A model generated the notes under the pieces. That model did no database searches. It saw nothing but the letters and a program-made list of their open reading frames with translations, and had not been told where the DNA came from. The translations under genes were made by a program, and so were the position numbers. Source: Thermoplasmata archaeon (lineage in GTDB: Archaea; Thermoplasmatota; SW-10-69-26; JACQPN01; JAJPHT01). From it: 64,000 nt of DNA. The stretch covers positions 1-64,000 of the forward strand of contig JAXDQU010000021.1 of the NCBI GenBank assembly GCA_034667685.1, in the 5' to 3' direction. This document shows positions 9,540 to 18,876 of this stretch, piece after piece. Each line of letters starts with the position of its first letter. Within the stretch, counting starts at the first letter, position 1.

Positions 9540-10343
9540 CTACAGGTCCACGTGGCAGGGCACGTTGAGGCCGCACGCCACCGTGATCTCGACGTAGCCC
9601 GAGGGTGTCAGGATCGCGACCGGGACGTTGTCGGTGCCGACGACGGGCATCGGGACCTCCACCGTGGTCGAGCCCGGCGTGATCGTCGGCACGGGGACCG
9701 TGACGCACTCGGGGCCGATGACGCAGATCGTGTCGGGCGACGTGCCGACGCCGACGATGGGGACGGTCACGGGCGTGCTGGTCGTGCCGACGGTCGGGAC
9801 CGGGACGTTCTCCGTCGTGGGCGTGAGCTCGATGCAGGCGTTGGTGAGCGCCTGGGGGGTGTAGGTGAAGCAAGGGCTAGTTGGGATGTCCTGCGTCAGG
9901 CAGGTCCCGGAGCCGGAGAAGCTCACGTAGGAGAATGGATAGCCGAGGTTGGCATCCACGCCCGGCCAGCCGCTCAGCGACATCGATCCCGATGAGCAGT
10001 TGACCGACTGGTCTGTGAGCGTCCAGGGAATGGCCCCACATGCAGAATCCTGGGTGGCGAGGTTTGCGGCGGCACCGTAGGCTTGCGTGCCCGAGCCCGT
10101 GAAGGTGAAGCTGACAAGGCCGCCCAGCGGCGAGAAGACCGCAACGAAGGCCCCCGATGCGCTCGCGCCGCAAGTGGTGAAGCCCGGAGTGCCGTGAATG
10201 TCAGCGTAGTAGGAGAGCGTTCCGCTTCCTTGGATCACGTAGCCCGCATCGGTTGCGGCCGAGGTCGGGAAGAGGCCAAGAGTTGGGATGACAAGAAGCC
10301 CGATCACGCCCGCTGCTATGGAAAGCGGATTGAATTTGAGCAT
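9540..10343 (-). CDS. Secreted protein with V/P/T-rich C-terminal repeats
   Basis: Signal peptide, several Cys, VPVPT repeats. Confidence 0.7.
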   Translation of the reverse strand: MLKFNPLSIAAGVIGLLVIPTLGLFPTSAATDAGYVIQGSGTLSYYADIHGTPGFTTCGASASGAFVAVFSPLGGLVSFTFTGSGTQAYGAAANLATQDSACGAIPWTLTDQSVNCSSGSMSLSGWPGVDANLGYPFSYVSFSGSGTCLTQDIPTSPCFTYTPQALTNACIELTPTTENVPVPTVGTTSTPVTVPIVGVGTSPDTICVIGPECVTVPVPTITPGSTTVEVPMPVVGTDNVPVAILTPSGYVEITVACGLNVPCHVDL

Positions 10344-10412
10344 GCGAACAGCCGAGCAGCAGCATGCTCATCAAGAATTCTCGATGAAAGATGTGAAATT
10401 CTCACCCTTCCG

Positions 10413-10988
10413 TTACCCGCACAGCCTCATCAATTCCGCCAGCCCCGCCTCGTCGTATTGCGAGCCGCGCACCTTCCCTTGCAACGCACCGAACACGTCG
10501 CGCAGCCTGCGCGCGTCGGCGAAGAGGTAACGGTTCCTGCCACGAGGCTCCTCGGTGACGAGGCCGGAGCCCAGCAGGCGCGCGAGGTGCCAGTTCACGG
10601 TGGGGCTCGACACGGCGAGGAGCTGCGTCAGCTCGGCGCGGTAGCAGCCGGGGCGCGTGAGCACGGCCGCGAGGACCTTGCGCGTCTCCCCGTTGGAGAG
10701 CGCGGCCAGGACGCGGCGCTCCTCCTCCGTGAACATGCCGCCGTTCACGAAGTAACGCATCTTGTTGCCGTCCTGCGTCGACGCGAGCAGGTTGAACGAG
10801 CTGAGCCGCTCCAAGTGATAGCTTGCCGTGCTGTGGCTGACGCCCACCGTGGTCGCGATCTCCGCGATGGACTGGCCCGGCTTCCCGCGGACCTCCTCGA
10901 AGATGCGCCGGCGCGTCTCGTTCTCGAACGAGCCCTCACGCTGGACGCGATTGTAGAGCACGCTCACCCGCGCGCCCAGCGCGCGCAT
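10413..10988 (-). CDS. Double winged-HTH (ArsR/MarR-like) transcriptional regulator
   Basis: Two HTH units: STASYHLERL and PTVNWHLARL. Confidence 0.85.
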   Translation of the reverse strand: MRALGARVSVLYNRVQREGSFENETRRRIFEEVRGKPGQSIAEIATTVGVSHSTASYHLERLSSFNLLASTQDGNKMRYFVNGGMFTEEERRVLAALSNGETRKVLAAVLTRPGCYRAELTQLLAVSSPTVNWHLARLLGSGLVTEEPRGRNRYLFADARRLRDVFGALQGKVRGSQYDEAGLAELMRLCG

Positions 10989-11108
10989 GACGAGCCACTC
11001 AGCCGCCCGGATCCAGCTCCTCCCTGTGGTCAACTCCGTTGCCTCCCTGTGCCTCGATCCGGCGCGCGCGCTCCCACGCGACGCGCCGGAGATGGAACGT
11101 GGCCGCCA

Positions 11109-11717
11109 TCATCCCTCGGCCTCCTCGGCCTTGGCGATGTGGTCGGGCAGATAGTCCTCGCGACGCTTGCCGAAGATGCTCACCTTGGCGTGGCGCTTCG
11201 TGTGGACCTGGTCGCGGGCGTGCGCGGAGATCATCTCCAGGGGCATGGCGCCCTTGTACACGCCGAAGTTCACCTCGTCGTGCTTGCCGCGACGCTTCGC
11301 AAGCATCCACAGCGCCAGCGCCAGGAGGAGCCAGGGGCCGTAGACGAGGAGGTAGTAGGACCAGCGGATGGGGGGCGCCGTGCTGAACGCGGGCACGTTG
11401 GCGCGCGAGACCTGCGGCGCGGTGCTCGCGCCCTGGTCGGCGCTCGCGAGCGTGACGCGTCCGGGCGAGATCGAGACCGTCACGGGCCCGTCCTTCGGCT
11501 TCTGGTCCTGGGGAACGTCGATGCTGAACTGGTCGCCCCCGACCTCCTGGCCGTTGACGGAGACCGAGAGGCGGTCCGTCGTGCCGGGGCGGAAGATGAC
11601 CAGCAGGAGGAGCGCCGCGGCGATGAGCGCGAGCGCGGCGATGCGCCGGCGCCGGCGCGCGTGCTGCACCCGGATGGCCTCGAGGCCGTAGGGGGTCCAG
11701 CTCGCGTCGTCAGCCAC
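11109..11717 (-). CDS. Hypothetical two-TM membrane protein
   Basis: GTG start MADDASW; two hydrophobic segments flanking a small external domain. Confidence 0.7.
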   Translation of the reverse strand: MADDASWTPYGLEAIRVQHARRRRRIAALALIAAALLLLVIFRPGTTDRLSVSVNGQEVGGDQFSIDVPQDQKPKDGPVTVSISPGRVTLASADQGASTAPQVSRANVPAFSTAPPIRWSYYLLVYGPWLLLALALWMLAKRRGKHDEVNFGVYKGAMPLEMISAHARDQVHTKRHAKVSIFGKRREDYLPDHIAKAEEAEG

Positions 11718-11733
11718 GGATGTCAGCTCCAGC

Positions 11734-11785
11734 AAAGGATGAAAGGAAAGGGGGGAAGCCCGGGGAGGGACCGTCCCTCCCCGGG
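11734..11785 (-). terminator. Strong hairpin with pyrimidine tail after the 514-aa gene
   Basis: cccggggagggac/gtccctccccggg stem followed by a C/U tract. Confidence 0.6.
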
Positions 11786-11808
11786 TTCTTAGGGTTTGTT
11801 GTGCACCC

Positions 11809-13353
11809 TTACGGGGGCGAGGGCGCCACGGGGGGAGCCGCGCTGCCGTTGCCGAGACCGGCAAAGGGCGCGCTGCTGCCCTCGGTGTCCTGGACGCCGC
11901 CGCACGACGCGCTGAAGCAGCGGTTCACCGGCGGGAAGGGGCGACCCTTGCCGTCGAAGTAGAGGCTGATCTCCTTCGTCGCGTGCGCCATGTTGCAACC
12001 CGAGGGGTCGTCGTAGGCGCCCGCGGTCGAGTTCCAGACCGCGCCGTCGGAGCCACCGTGGTTGAGGGTGGACGGGCTGCCGGCCCACGCGGGGCAAGCC
12101 TGCGAGGTCCACGCCTGGCTGCCGGGATTCGACGCCGAGTTGTGGCTGTTGCCGTCGGTCGTGTACGACGTGCCCGTGCCCGTGCCCGTGCCGTAGTTCG
12201 GGTTGAAGGGGTGGCTGTTGCCCTCGGCGTTGTCGTCGCCGTTGGGGCAGGCCCACTCCGTCCCGGTCTGGCAGCCGTTCGTGTCCGCGTTGGCGGTGCC
12301 GTGCTGGATCGGGGCGCCGTTCACGTACAGGTCCTGCAGGTTGAAGTAGAGCAGGGCGTTGTACTGGCGGACCGGGTAGAGCGTCTTGTCCTGGCAGCTG
12401 CCGCCCGCGTAGGCGTTGCCGTCGTAGCAGTAGCTCGCGCCGCCGTTGTCGGCCGCGTTGGTCGGCTCGTACGCGCCGGCGCAGGGCTGGTCGGCCTGCG
12501 GGTTGTTGATCGAGTTGAGCGGGACGTCGGTCACGCCGTGGTTGATCGCGCAGTCCTCGTTGTAGTACAGCGTGGAGGGCTGGTCGGGGTACGGGCCCGG
12601 GGGCGCGTTGCCGACGGCCGTGTTGTACGCGTTGTCCAGGCTGTCGACGTAGGGCGAGCAGTTCACGACGCCGTCGTCGGGCAGGAAGACCGCGCCGCCG
12701 CCGATGTTGACGACCCAGACCGGGTAGTTGTAGGTCTTGGTCTGGAGCGTGCCCGGCGAGTCCGTGGTGTAGAACTGGTACTTGTCGATGATCCACGCGT
12801 GGTCGTTGGGGTCCGTGATGAGGTAGGACGCCTTGTAGTCGGAGCCGACGGTCGCGCCCAGGACGGTGGAGGAGTCGGGCGCGGAGCCGATCCAGGCGTA
12901 CGGGTTGCCGGGGTCGGAGATCATGCCGCCGACCGGGGTGCTGGACGCCGCGGCCGAGTTCGTGATCACGACGCGGGGGTCAGGGTCGCCCTGGTTGACG
13001 GCGAGGACGGCGCCACCGCAGGGGTAGCGGTAGTGGCCGGACGCCGCATCCTGGGTGGAGTTCGTGGGGTTCACGAGGTACTGGTCGTTGAACCACAGGA
13101 CGCCGGGGAAGCGCTGGTTGAGCTGAACGTTGCTCGCCGTGTTCTCGCGAACGAGGACAGCGACGGCCGCAGCGAACTGCGCCTGGTTGGTCACCGTGGT
13201 ATTGTTGCCCACGTTCTCGATCACCGTGAAGACGGTGTGGCCTTCGACGAGCTGCTCAGGCTGGGGTCCCAGATAGAGCGTACCGGCCGCTCCCATCGCA
13301 GGGACCGCGAGCAGCAAGACGGCCGCCACCGCGATCATTCGCTTGTTCACCAT
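11809..13353 (-). CDS. Secreted Cys/Asn/Gly-rich protein of unknown family
   Basis: Signal peptide, AGGAGG SD, many Cys; paralog of 14544..15416. Confidence 0.85.
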   Translation of the reverse strand: MVNKRMIAVAAVLLLAVPAMGAAGTLYLGPQPEQLVEGHTVFTVIENVGNNTTVTNQAQFAAAVAVLVRENTASNVQLNQRFPGVLWFNDQYLVNPTNSTQDAASGHYRYPCGGAVLAVNQGDPDPRVVITNSAAASSTPVGGMISDPGNPYAWIGSAPDSSTVLGATVGSDYKASYLITDPNDHAWIIDKYQFYTTDSPGTLQTKTYNYPVWVVNIGGGAVFLPDDGVVNCSPYVDSLDNAYNTAVGNAPPGPYPDQPSTLYYNEDCAINHGVTDVPLNSINNPQADQPCAGAYEPTNAADNGGASYCYDGNAYAGGSCQDKTLYPVRQYNALLYFNLQDLYVNGAPIQHGTANADTNGCQTGTEWACPNGDDNAEGNSHPFNPNYGTGTGTGTSYTTDGNSHNSASNPGSQAWTSQACPAWAGSPSTLNHGGSDGAVWNSTAGAYDDPSGCNMAHATKEISLYFDGKGRPFPPVNRCFSASCGGVQDTEGSSAPFAGLGNGSAAPPVAPSPP

Positions 13354-13504
13354 GTAGGAAACCTCCTGTTTGCCTCAGATAGCGTGTTGAAGTGGCTCAC
13401 CCGCGAGGTCCCTGCGGCGATGCTGCAGTCAGCCTCAACGGGGTTCACGCGTTCGCCTCCACTTCGGGCTGCGCAGCCGACTTGAAGAGCCATAACCGAC
13501 CCGT

Positions 13505-13524
13505 TGTCACTCAACGGGGCGACA
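13505..13524. promoter_or_regulatory. Candidate operator TGTCAC-N8-GCGACA
   Basis: Quasi-palindrome, overlapping cccgttg-N5-caacggg. Confidence 0.45.
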
Positions 13525-13595
13525 CGACCCTGGATTGCGGCGGCGCCACAACCGGAAAGCTGCGGGGAAACGCGCTCGCGGATGGCCATGGTTGC

Positions 13596-14438
13596 TCAGA
13601 TCTCCCTCGTCTGCACGGGGATGGACTTCGAGGTGGGGACGACGGGGACCGGGACCGCCTGCGCGGCGCCCTCCCAGTTGGCCAGGATCGTGCCCTTCAT
13701 GTCGCGCACGATCGCCTTGTCGTCCGACCAGATGGCGATGTCCTCGCCCTTGAACAGGTGCTCGTCGTCGGGCACGTAGTGGCAGATGAGGACCTCGGCG
13801 TCGTCCACCACGAGGATGACGCTGCCGGGGCTCTTGGCCGGGTTGGCCTTGACCTCGCCCACCTGCGCGAACTCGTCGACGTTCTCCTTGTTCACGTCGG
13901 TCACCGGCACGAGCAGGCGGAGCCGGGCCCCGAGCCGCGCGCGCTCCTTGAGCAGCGGCATGTAGTAGCCCATGCGCACCGCGCTGTACTCGGTCCCCAT
14001 CTCGAGGATCTCCGAGGCCGCGCGGCCCACCATCTCGTACTTGCGGTTGAGGACGTTCTTGCGGCCCTTGAGGACCTGGAAGCTGCCCGCCTTGTCGGGG
14101 CCGCTGCCGTCCTTGGACGCGAAGGCCGCCATGAGGAACTTCTTGTCCTCCTCGATCTTGGCGAGCTTCGTCTTGTACTCGCGCTCGAAGGTGCGCAGGT
14201 ACACGTCGAAGGGCACGACGCCATACTTCTTCGGCCTCTCGGGGATGATCTCCGCGAGCTGCTTCGCGTGAAGGTCGTCCAGGACGCTGTAGATCTTCGT
14301 CCTGGGCACGCGGCTCATGTTGGCGACGTCGCGCGCACTGGCCACGCCCAGCTGGAGCAGGGCAAGGTACGTGCGGGCTTCGTACTCCGTGAGCCCGTAC
14401 TCCATCATCTTCTCGATGCGATCTCCGTTCGTAGCCAT
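13596..14438 (-). CDS. TrmB family transcriptional regulator
   Basis: GLTEYEARTYLALL...VPRTKIYSVL wHTH plus C-terminal effector domain. Confidence 0.93.
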   Translation of the reverse strand: MATNGDRIEKMMEYGLTEYEARTYLALLQLGVASARDVANMSRVPRTKIYSVLDDLHAKQLAEIIPERPKKYGVVPFDVYLRTFEREYKTKLAKIEEDKKFLMAAFASKDGSGPDKAGSFQVLKGRKNVLNRKYEMVGRAASEILEMGTEYSAVRMGYYMPLLKERARLGARLRLLVPVTDVNKENVDEFAQVGEVKANPAKSPGSVILVVDDAEVLICHYVPDDEHLFKGEDIAIWSDDKAIVRDMKGTILANWEGAAQAVPVPVVPTSKSIPVQTREI

Positions 14439-14543
14439 CAGGCAACACCTCTCGGGTCGTTCGGGTTCTCTCCGCTGCGCGGCAACGCAGCCTGGTCGAT
14501 GGGAAGGGGGATGTTCATGGTGGAACAGGCTTGGACGGTCATC

Positions 14544-15416
14544 TCAACCGCCTCCCGGGGCCTGCGAGCCCACCGTGTTCTGCGGGTTCTGCTGGACGTG
14601 GGACGCGGAGTTGGGCGCGTCGCCGCCCGTGGCCCAGGCGGTCGCGTAGTTCGCGCCGTCCGTGCTCAGGCCGCCCGGGACGATGGTGGGCGCCGCGCCC
14701 AGGTACAGGTCGGCGTTGAACACGTTGTGGTAGTGCGTGGCCGCGCCCGCGTCGTGGCCGTTGCTGGGGCCGTTCGTGGACTGGTCGTGGATCCGGGTCC
14801 CGTCGTAGGTCTCGGTCGAGTTGTGGAACTTGCAGGTGTCCACGATGTCGAGGAAGTTGTAGTAGCTGTGCGGGTCGCTGCCGGGGAACTGGTCGTAGAT
14901 GGGCTGGGCGGCGAGCTCGACGATCCAGTAGTACGTCTTGTCGCCGTTGTGGATCTCCACCGTGGCGTTGACGCGGGGGTCGCCGTTCTTCGCGCTGCCC
15001 GTGGCTTCCTGCGGGTCGACCTGCACGTTGGGCTGCGGGGTGCTGGTCGAGTGATAGACCTCGTCCACGTGCCACGCGGCGCCGTTCGGATCGACGAAGT
15101 TGTACGAGACGCCATCGGAGTAGAGATACCCGAGGTTCCTGGGGTCTTCCGCCCCATGCTCCGTCACGTACAGGAACGTGCCCTTGCCCGGGTAGCGCTC
15201 CACGAGCACCTGGTCGTTGAACCACATGACGCGGCTTCGCACGATGCCCGCGATGCTCGCGAGGCAGGGGTCGTACGTGTCGCCGTTGTAGAAGGTCGAG
15301 TGGCCCGTGACGACGGGCTGCGTGTCGGTGCTGATGCCCTGCGGGATCCAGAGCAGGAGGGCCAGGGCTACGGCGAGCCCGGCCTTCTGCTTCGGACTGA
15401 GGGACGGCAACCGCAT
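14544..15416 (-). CDS. Secreted protein, paralog of 11809..13353
   Basis: Signal peptide; shared WFNDQ.LV and DPN..AW..D motifs; GGAGG SD. Confidence 0.85.
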   Translation of the reverse strand: MRLPSLSPKQKAGLAVALALLLWIPQGISTDTQPVVTGHSTFYNGDTYDPCLASIAGIVRSRVMWFNDQVLVERYPGKGTFLYVTEHGAEDPRNLGYLYSDGVSYNFVDPNGAAWHVDEVYHSTSTPQPNVQVDPQEATGSAKNGDPRVNATVEIHNGDKTYYWIVELAAQPIYDQFPGSDPHSYYNFLDIVDTCKFHNSTETYDGTRIHDQSTNGPSNGHDAGAATHYHNVFNADLYLGAAPTIVPGGLSTDGANYATAWATGGDAPNSASHVQQNPQNTVGSQAPGGG

Positions 15417-15550
15417 TCAGCACTCCCTCCGGCAGGAAGGACGCTCCGCCCCTCCGGCCGGCTGGGACGCAGCCTTCCCACCGCTGGGGGTGACGAAGGC
15501 CGCGTTCAGGCGGCACGGGAGGTCGGGCGCGGGCATGGGGATCACGTCGG

Positions 15551-15589
15551 GGCTGGGGGCTCAGGACTCTGGACTCAGGACTCTGGACT
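15551..15589. repeat. (GGACTCA/T) heptamer tandem repeat
   Basis: ggctcaggactctggactcaggactctggact; related to 18814-18869. Confidence 0.75.
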
Positions 15590-16473
15590 TAGGCGGTCAC
15601 GACGAGGCGCTTCGCCTCGCGGCCGAGGTTCTCGACGATGCTGGCGACGATCGGGTCCGCCTTGCGGGCCGCGGCCGTGTGGCGCTCGGCGTAGGGGACG
15701 CTCAGGCCCCAGCCCAGCGTGAAGAGCGCCTTGAGGCTCTGCACGATCGCGGGGTCGTCGCTCCAGAGGGCGACGTCGGCGCCCTGGAAGTAGTGGCGGT
15801 CGTCGGGCACGTGGTGCACGAGCATGACCTCCTTGTCGTCGACGAAGGCGAGGGTGACGGCGCCCAGGTCCACGAGCGCGTGGCGCGCCTCGCCCTGGCG
15901 GCTGAGGATCTCCATCGCCTCGTCGTTCTCGGCCTGCGCGGGCGCCAGGACGCGCACCGTGGCGCCGCGGCCGGAGGCCTGCTCGAGGAGGTCGTGGTGG
16001 TAGGCCAGGCGGTGCGCGCCCATCGCGCTGGTGGCGACCGCGAAGTCGGCGTTCGCGCGCGCCATGAGCTCGCAGAGCTTGCTGCTGATGTTGGCGCGGC
16101 CCTTGAGGACGACGAAGCCGCCGGAGCGCTCCATCTGGACGCGGCCCTTGGGGGCGAACTCCTCGACGAGCGTGTCCTTCGCGGTGCCCAGCGTGTCGGC
16201 GCGGGCGCGGTAGTTCGCCTCCAGCGACTCGATGTAGGCCGCGATGGGGGCGACCTGGTAGCGCTTGGGGCGGTCGGGGATGACCTGGAGGAGCTTCTTG
16301 GCCTCGAGGCCGTCGAGCGCCTGGTAGATCTTGGTGCGGGGGACGCGCGCGAGGTCCGCGATGGGCGAGGCCTCGGAGTTCTCCAGCTCCAGAAGGGCGA
16401 GGTAGGCGCGCGCCTCGTACTCCGTCAGTCCGTGCTCCTGCAGGCGCGAGATGCGCTGGGGGTTGACCGTCAT
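15589..16473 (-). CDS. TrmB family transcriptional regulator (paralog)
   Basis: MTVNPQRISRLQEHGLTEYEARAYLALL...VPRTKIYQAL; HHVPDD parallels HYVPDD of the first copy. Confidence 0.93.
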   Translation of the reverse strand: MTVNPQRISRLQEHGLTEYEARAYLALLELENSEASPIADLARVPRTKIYQALDGLEAKKLLQVIPDRPKRYQVAPIAAYIESLEANYRARADTLGTAKDTLVEEFAPKGRVQMERSGGFVVLKGRANISSKLCELMARANADFAVATSAMGAHRLAYHHDLLEQASGRGATVRVLAPAQAENDEAMEILSRQGEARHALVDLGAVTLAFVDDKEVMLVHHVPDDRHYFQGADVALWSDDPAIVQSLKALFTLGWGLSVPYAERHTAAARKADPIVASIVENLGREAKRLVVTA

Positions 16474-16670
16474 GGCTACACCTGTCTCTCTCAAGCTCGG
16501 GGTCGGGGGGCAACGCCCGCCCGGGGCCAGGATTGGCAACGGCCCACGGGGAATCCGAGTCTTGCTCAGGTGCTGTGCGCGGTCCAAGCCATCATAAAGA
16601 TTGTGTGACACCTCCTTACCGTCGGGGGTGACAGCCGCTCCCTCCGCGCGGGTGAGGGCGCCGCGCTCCC

Positions 16671-18209
16671 TCAGCTCACGGTGAAGGCGCGGCTGGCGAC
16701 GTTGCCCGCGGCGGCCGCGTCGTAGATCGTGTTCGCGTCGGCGCCCTGGAGGTTGGAGAGCGCGATCGTCCACGCGCCGCGGTTGGACGACGGGTTGGGG
16801 ATGGTGAGGTTGCCGAACGACATGCCGCCCGCGTTCGTCGCGGGCGAGAAGGCGGTCGTCGCGGGGACCGGGCTCGTCACGTTGTAGAACGTGGTCACGC
16901 CGCCCAGGACGAAGCCGTTCTGGTCCACGACCGTGACGCGCACCGTGACCGTGTCGCCGCGCGCGAACGTGGTCTGCACGTTGCCGGCGAGCAGCGTCGT
17001 GACGTTCGAGGCGTGCACCTTCTGCTGCACGGTGACCGTGGCGCTGCCAGAGTGGCCGTTCGTGGTCGCGGTCACGGTGTCGCTGCCGGTGGTCGTGGGC
17101 GCCGTGTAGAGGCCGCCGCTCGTGACGCTGCCGCGCGTCGCGCTCCACGCGATCGTCGCCGTCGTGTTCGTGTTGCCGTAGGCATCGAGCGCGGTGGCGC
17201 TGAACGGCTGCGTCGCGCGCGTGAGCACGGTGGCGCTCGCGGGGCTGACGCTCACGCTCGCGGGCGCGGCGGGCTGGACGCTCACGCTCGCGGTGTTCGA
17301 CGCGCTGCCGCTCGTCGCGGTGACGGTGAGGCTCGTGGGCGCGGAGGTCGGCGCGGTGAGCGTGCTGCCACTGAGGCTGCCCGCGGTCGTGCCCCACGAG
17401 ACGGTCGCGGTCGCGTTCACGTTGCCATACGGGTCGAGCACGGTCGCGCTGAACGCCTCCGTGCTCCCCGCGGCGATCGTGACGGAGGAGGGGCTGATGG
17501 TCAGGCTCGCCGGTGCGTCCGCGATGAGGTCCACCGTGGCGCTGCCCGAGACGGCGCCGACCGTCGCCATGACCGACTTGCCCGTGCTGGCGGTCGTGGA
17601 CGCGGTCAGCAGGCCGGTCGCGTCGACGCTTCCCGCGTTGGTCGTCCACGCGAACGACGAGACGGGGTACGACGCGCCGAACTGGTCGTAGCCGGCCGCG
17701 CTGAACTGCCGCGTGCCGCCCACGGTCACGTCCGCCGAGCCCGGCGTCACGACGATGCTCGCGAGGTAGGGGCAGCTCACCTTCGTGGCGCGCGCGAGGA
17801 CGCCGTGCTCCGTCGCGAGCGAGAGCGTGCTGGGCTCGCTGGCGACACCCGTCTTGGTGAAGTTGGTCCACTCGCCCGGCGCCCAGAGGAGCGTCGTCTC
17901 GCCGTCCTGCGAGGAGGCCGCGAAGCCCGTCGCCACCTGGCCGTCCATCACGAACGAGACGTTGAGCAGGTCGAGCGGCACGCTCCCGGCGTTCGTCGCG
18001 TTGACGAAGACGCGCTGCGCCTTCGCGTCGTAGCAGAACGTCGCGCCGCCCAGCCGCCCGTCGAGCCGCTCGGCGTCGATCGCGCGCCGCTGGGCCTCCG
18101 CGTGCTCCAGCGCGCCCGAGATGCCGAAGAACGCGCCCAGGCCCGCGCCCGCGAGGCCCACGATCGCCACGAACCAGATGACGTGGCTCGCCGTGACGCT
18201 CAGGCCCAT
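16671..18209 (-). CDS. FlaF/ArlF-like N-terminal domain fused to Ig-like (Big_2) repeats
   Basis: MGLSVTASHVIWF and NATNAGS resemble FlaF; three V.P.S......T..FSA...D.YGN/FG repeats. Confidence 0.75.
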   Translation of the reverse strand: MGLSVTASHVIWFVAIVGLAGAGLGAFFGISGALEHAEAQRRAIDAERLDGRLGGATFCYDAKAQRVFVNATNAGSVPLDLLNVSFVMDGQVATGFAASSQDGETTLLWAPGEWTNFTKTGVASEPSTLSLATEHGVLARATKVSCPYLASIVVTPGSADVTVGGTRQFSAAGYDQFGASYPVSSFAWTTNAGSVDATGLLTASTTASTGKSVMATVGAVSGSATVDLIADAPASLTISPSSVTIAAGSTEAFSATVLDPYGNVNATATVSWGTTAGSLSGSTLTAPTSAPTSLTVTATSGSASNTASVSVQPAAPASVSVSPASATVLTRATQPFSATALDAYGNTNTTATIAWSATRGSVTSGGLYTAPTTTGSDTVTATTNGHSGSATVTVQQKVHASNVTTLLAGNVQTTFARGDTVTVRVTVVDQNGFVLGGVTTFYNVTSPVPATTAFSPATNAGGMSFGNLTIPNPSSNRGAWTIALSNLQGADANTIYDAAAAGNVASRAFTVS

Positions 18210-18287
18210 CGGGAGGCTCCGCTCCGGGCGAAGGTTCTCCGGGCGGGGCTCTTAAGAGGTGCGCTTCTGGCCGAGCGGCGCAGCGGG

Positions 18288-18776
18288 CTACCCCTTCATC
18301 GCCTTGCGTTCCGCGACGCGCGCCTCGTACCGCGCCCGCGCCAGGGAAAGGAGCGCCTTCTCCTCGTCGCTCTCGGCCAGGACGGGCGGGACGGGCACGG
18401 GACGGCCGCGGTCGTTGATCGCGATCATGGTCAGCCACGCGGTGCCCGTGTGGACGACCTCGCCCGTGTCCAGGTTCTCGGCGCGGATGTCCACCATGAC
18501 CTCCATGCTGGTGCGGCCGGTGAACGCGAGCCGCGCGTCGAGGGTCAGCGCATTGCCCACGAAGACCGGCTCCAGGAAGTCCATGCGGTCGAGCCGCGCG
18601 GTGACGACGTTGCGCCGCGCGTGCCGGTGCGCGACGATGCCGGCGACCTCGTCGACGTACTTCATGATGACGCCGCCGTGCACGTTGCCGTGCGGGTTGG
18701 CCTCGCTTGGCATCATGAGGCGCACCATGCTGGCGCGGCTCTCGGACATCGGGCGCGCGGGCGCGCTGTGGGGCAT
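18288..18776 (-). CDS. Acyl-CoA thioesterase (hotdog fold)
   Basis: ANPHGNVHGG..MKYVD, VTA, GRTSMEV. Confidence 0.92.
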   Translation of the reverse strand: MPHSAPARPMSESRASMVRLMMPSEANPHGNVHGGVIMKYVDEVAGIVAHRHARRNVVTARLDRMDFLEPVFVGNALTLDARLAFTGRTSMEVMVDIRAENLDTGEVVHTGTAWLTMIAINDRGRPVPVPPVLAESDEEKALLSLARARYEARVAERKAMKG

Positions 18777-18813
18777 GGGCGCGCGACCGCGGACGACGCG
18801 CTTCAATCCTGCG

Positions 18814-18876
18814 GGACTCTGGACTCAGGGCTCGGGGCTCCGGAGCCTTGAGCCCGGAGTCCAGAGCCCCGAGCCC
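18814..18876. repeat. Imperfect intergenic palindrome of heptamer units
   Basis: ggactctggactcagggctcggggctc / gagccttgagcccggagtccagagccc, 23/27 paired. Confidence 0.75.

Noticed and set aside
13354-13595. Long intergenic gap as a riboswitch or ncRNA
   Set aside because: No recognisable conserved RNA motif; an Rfam/Infernal search would be needed.
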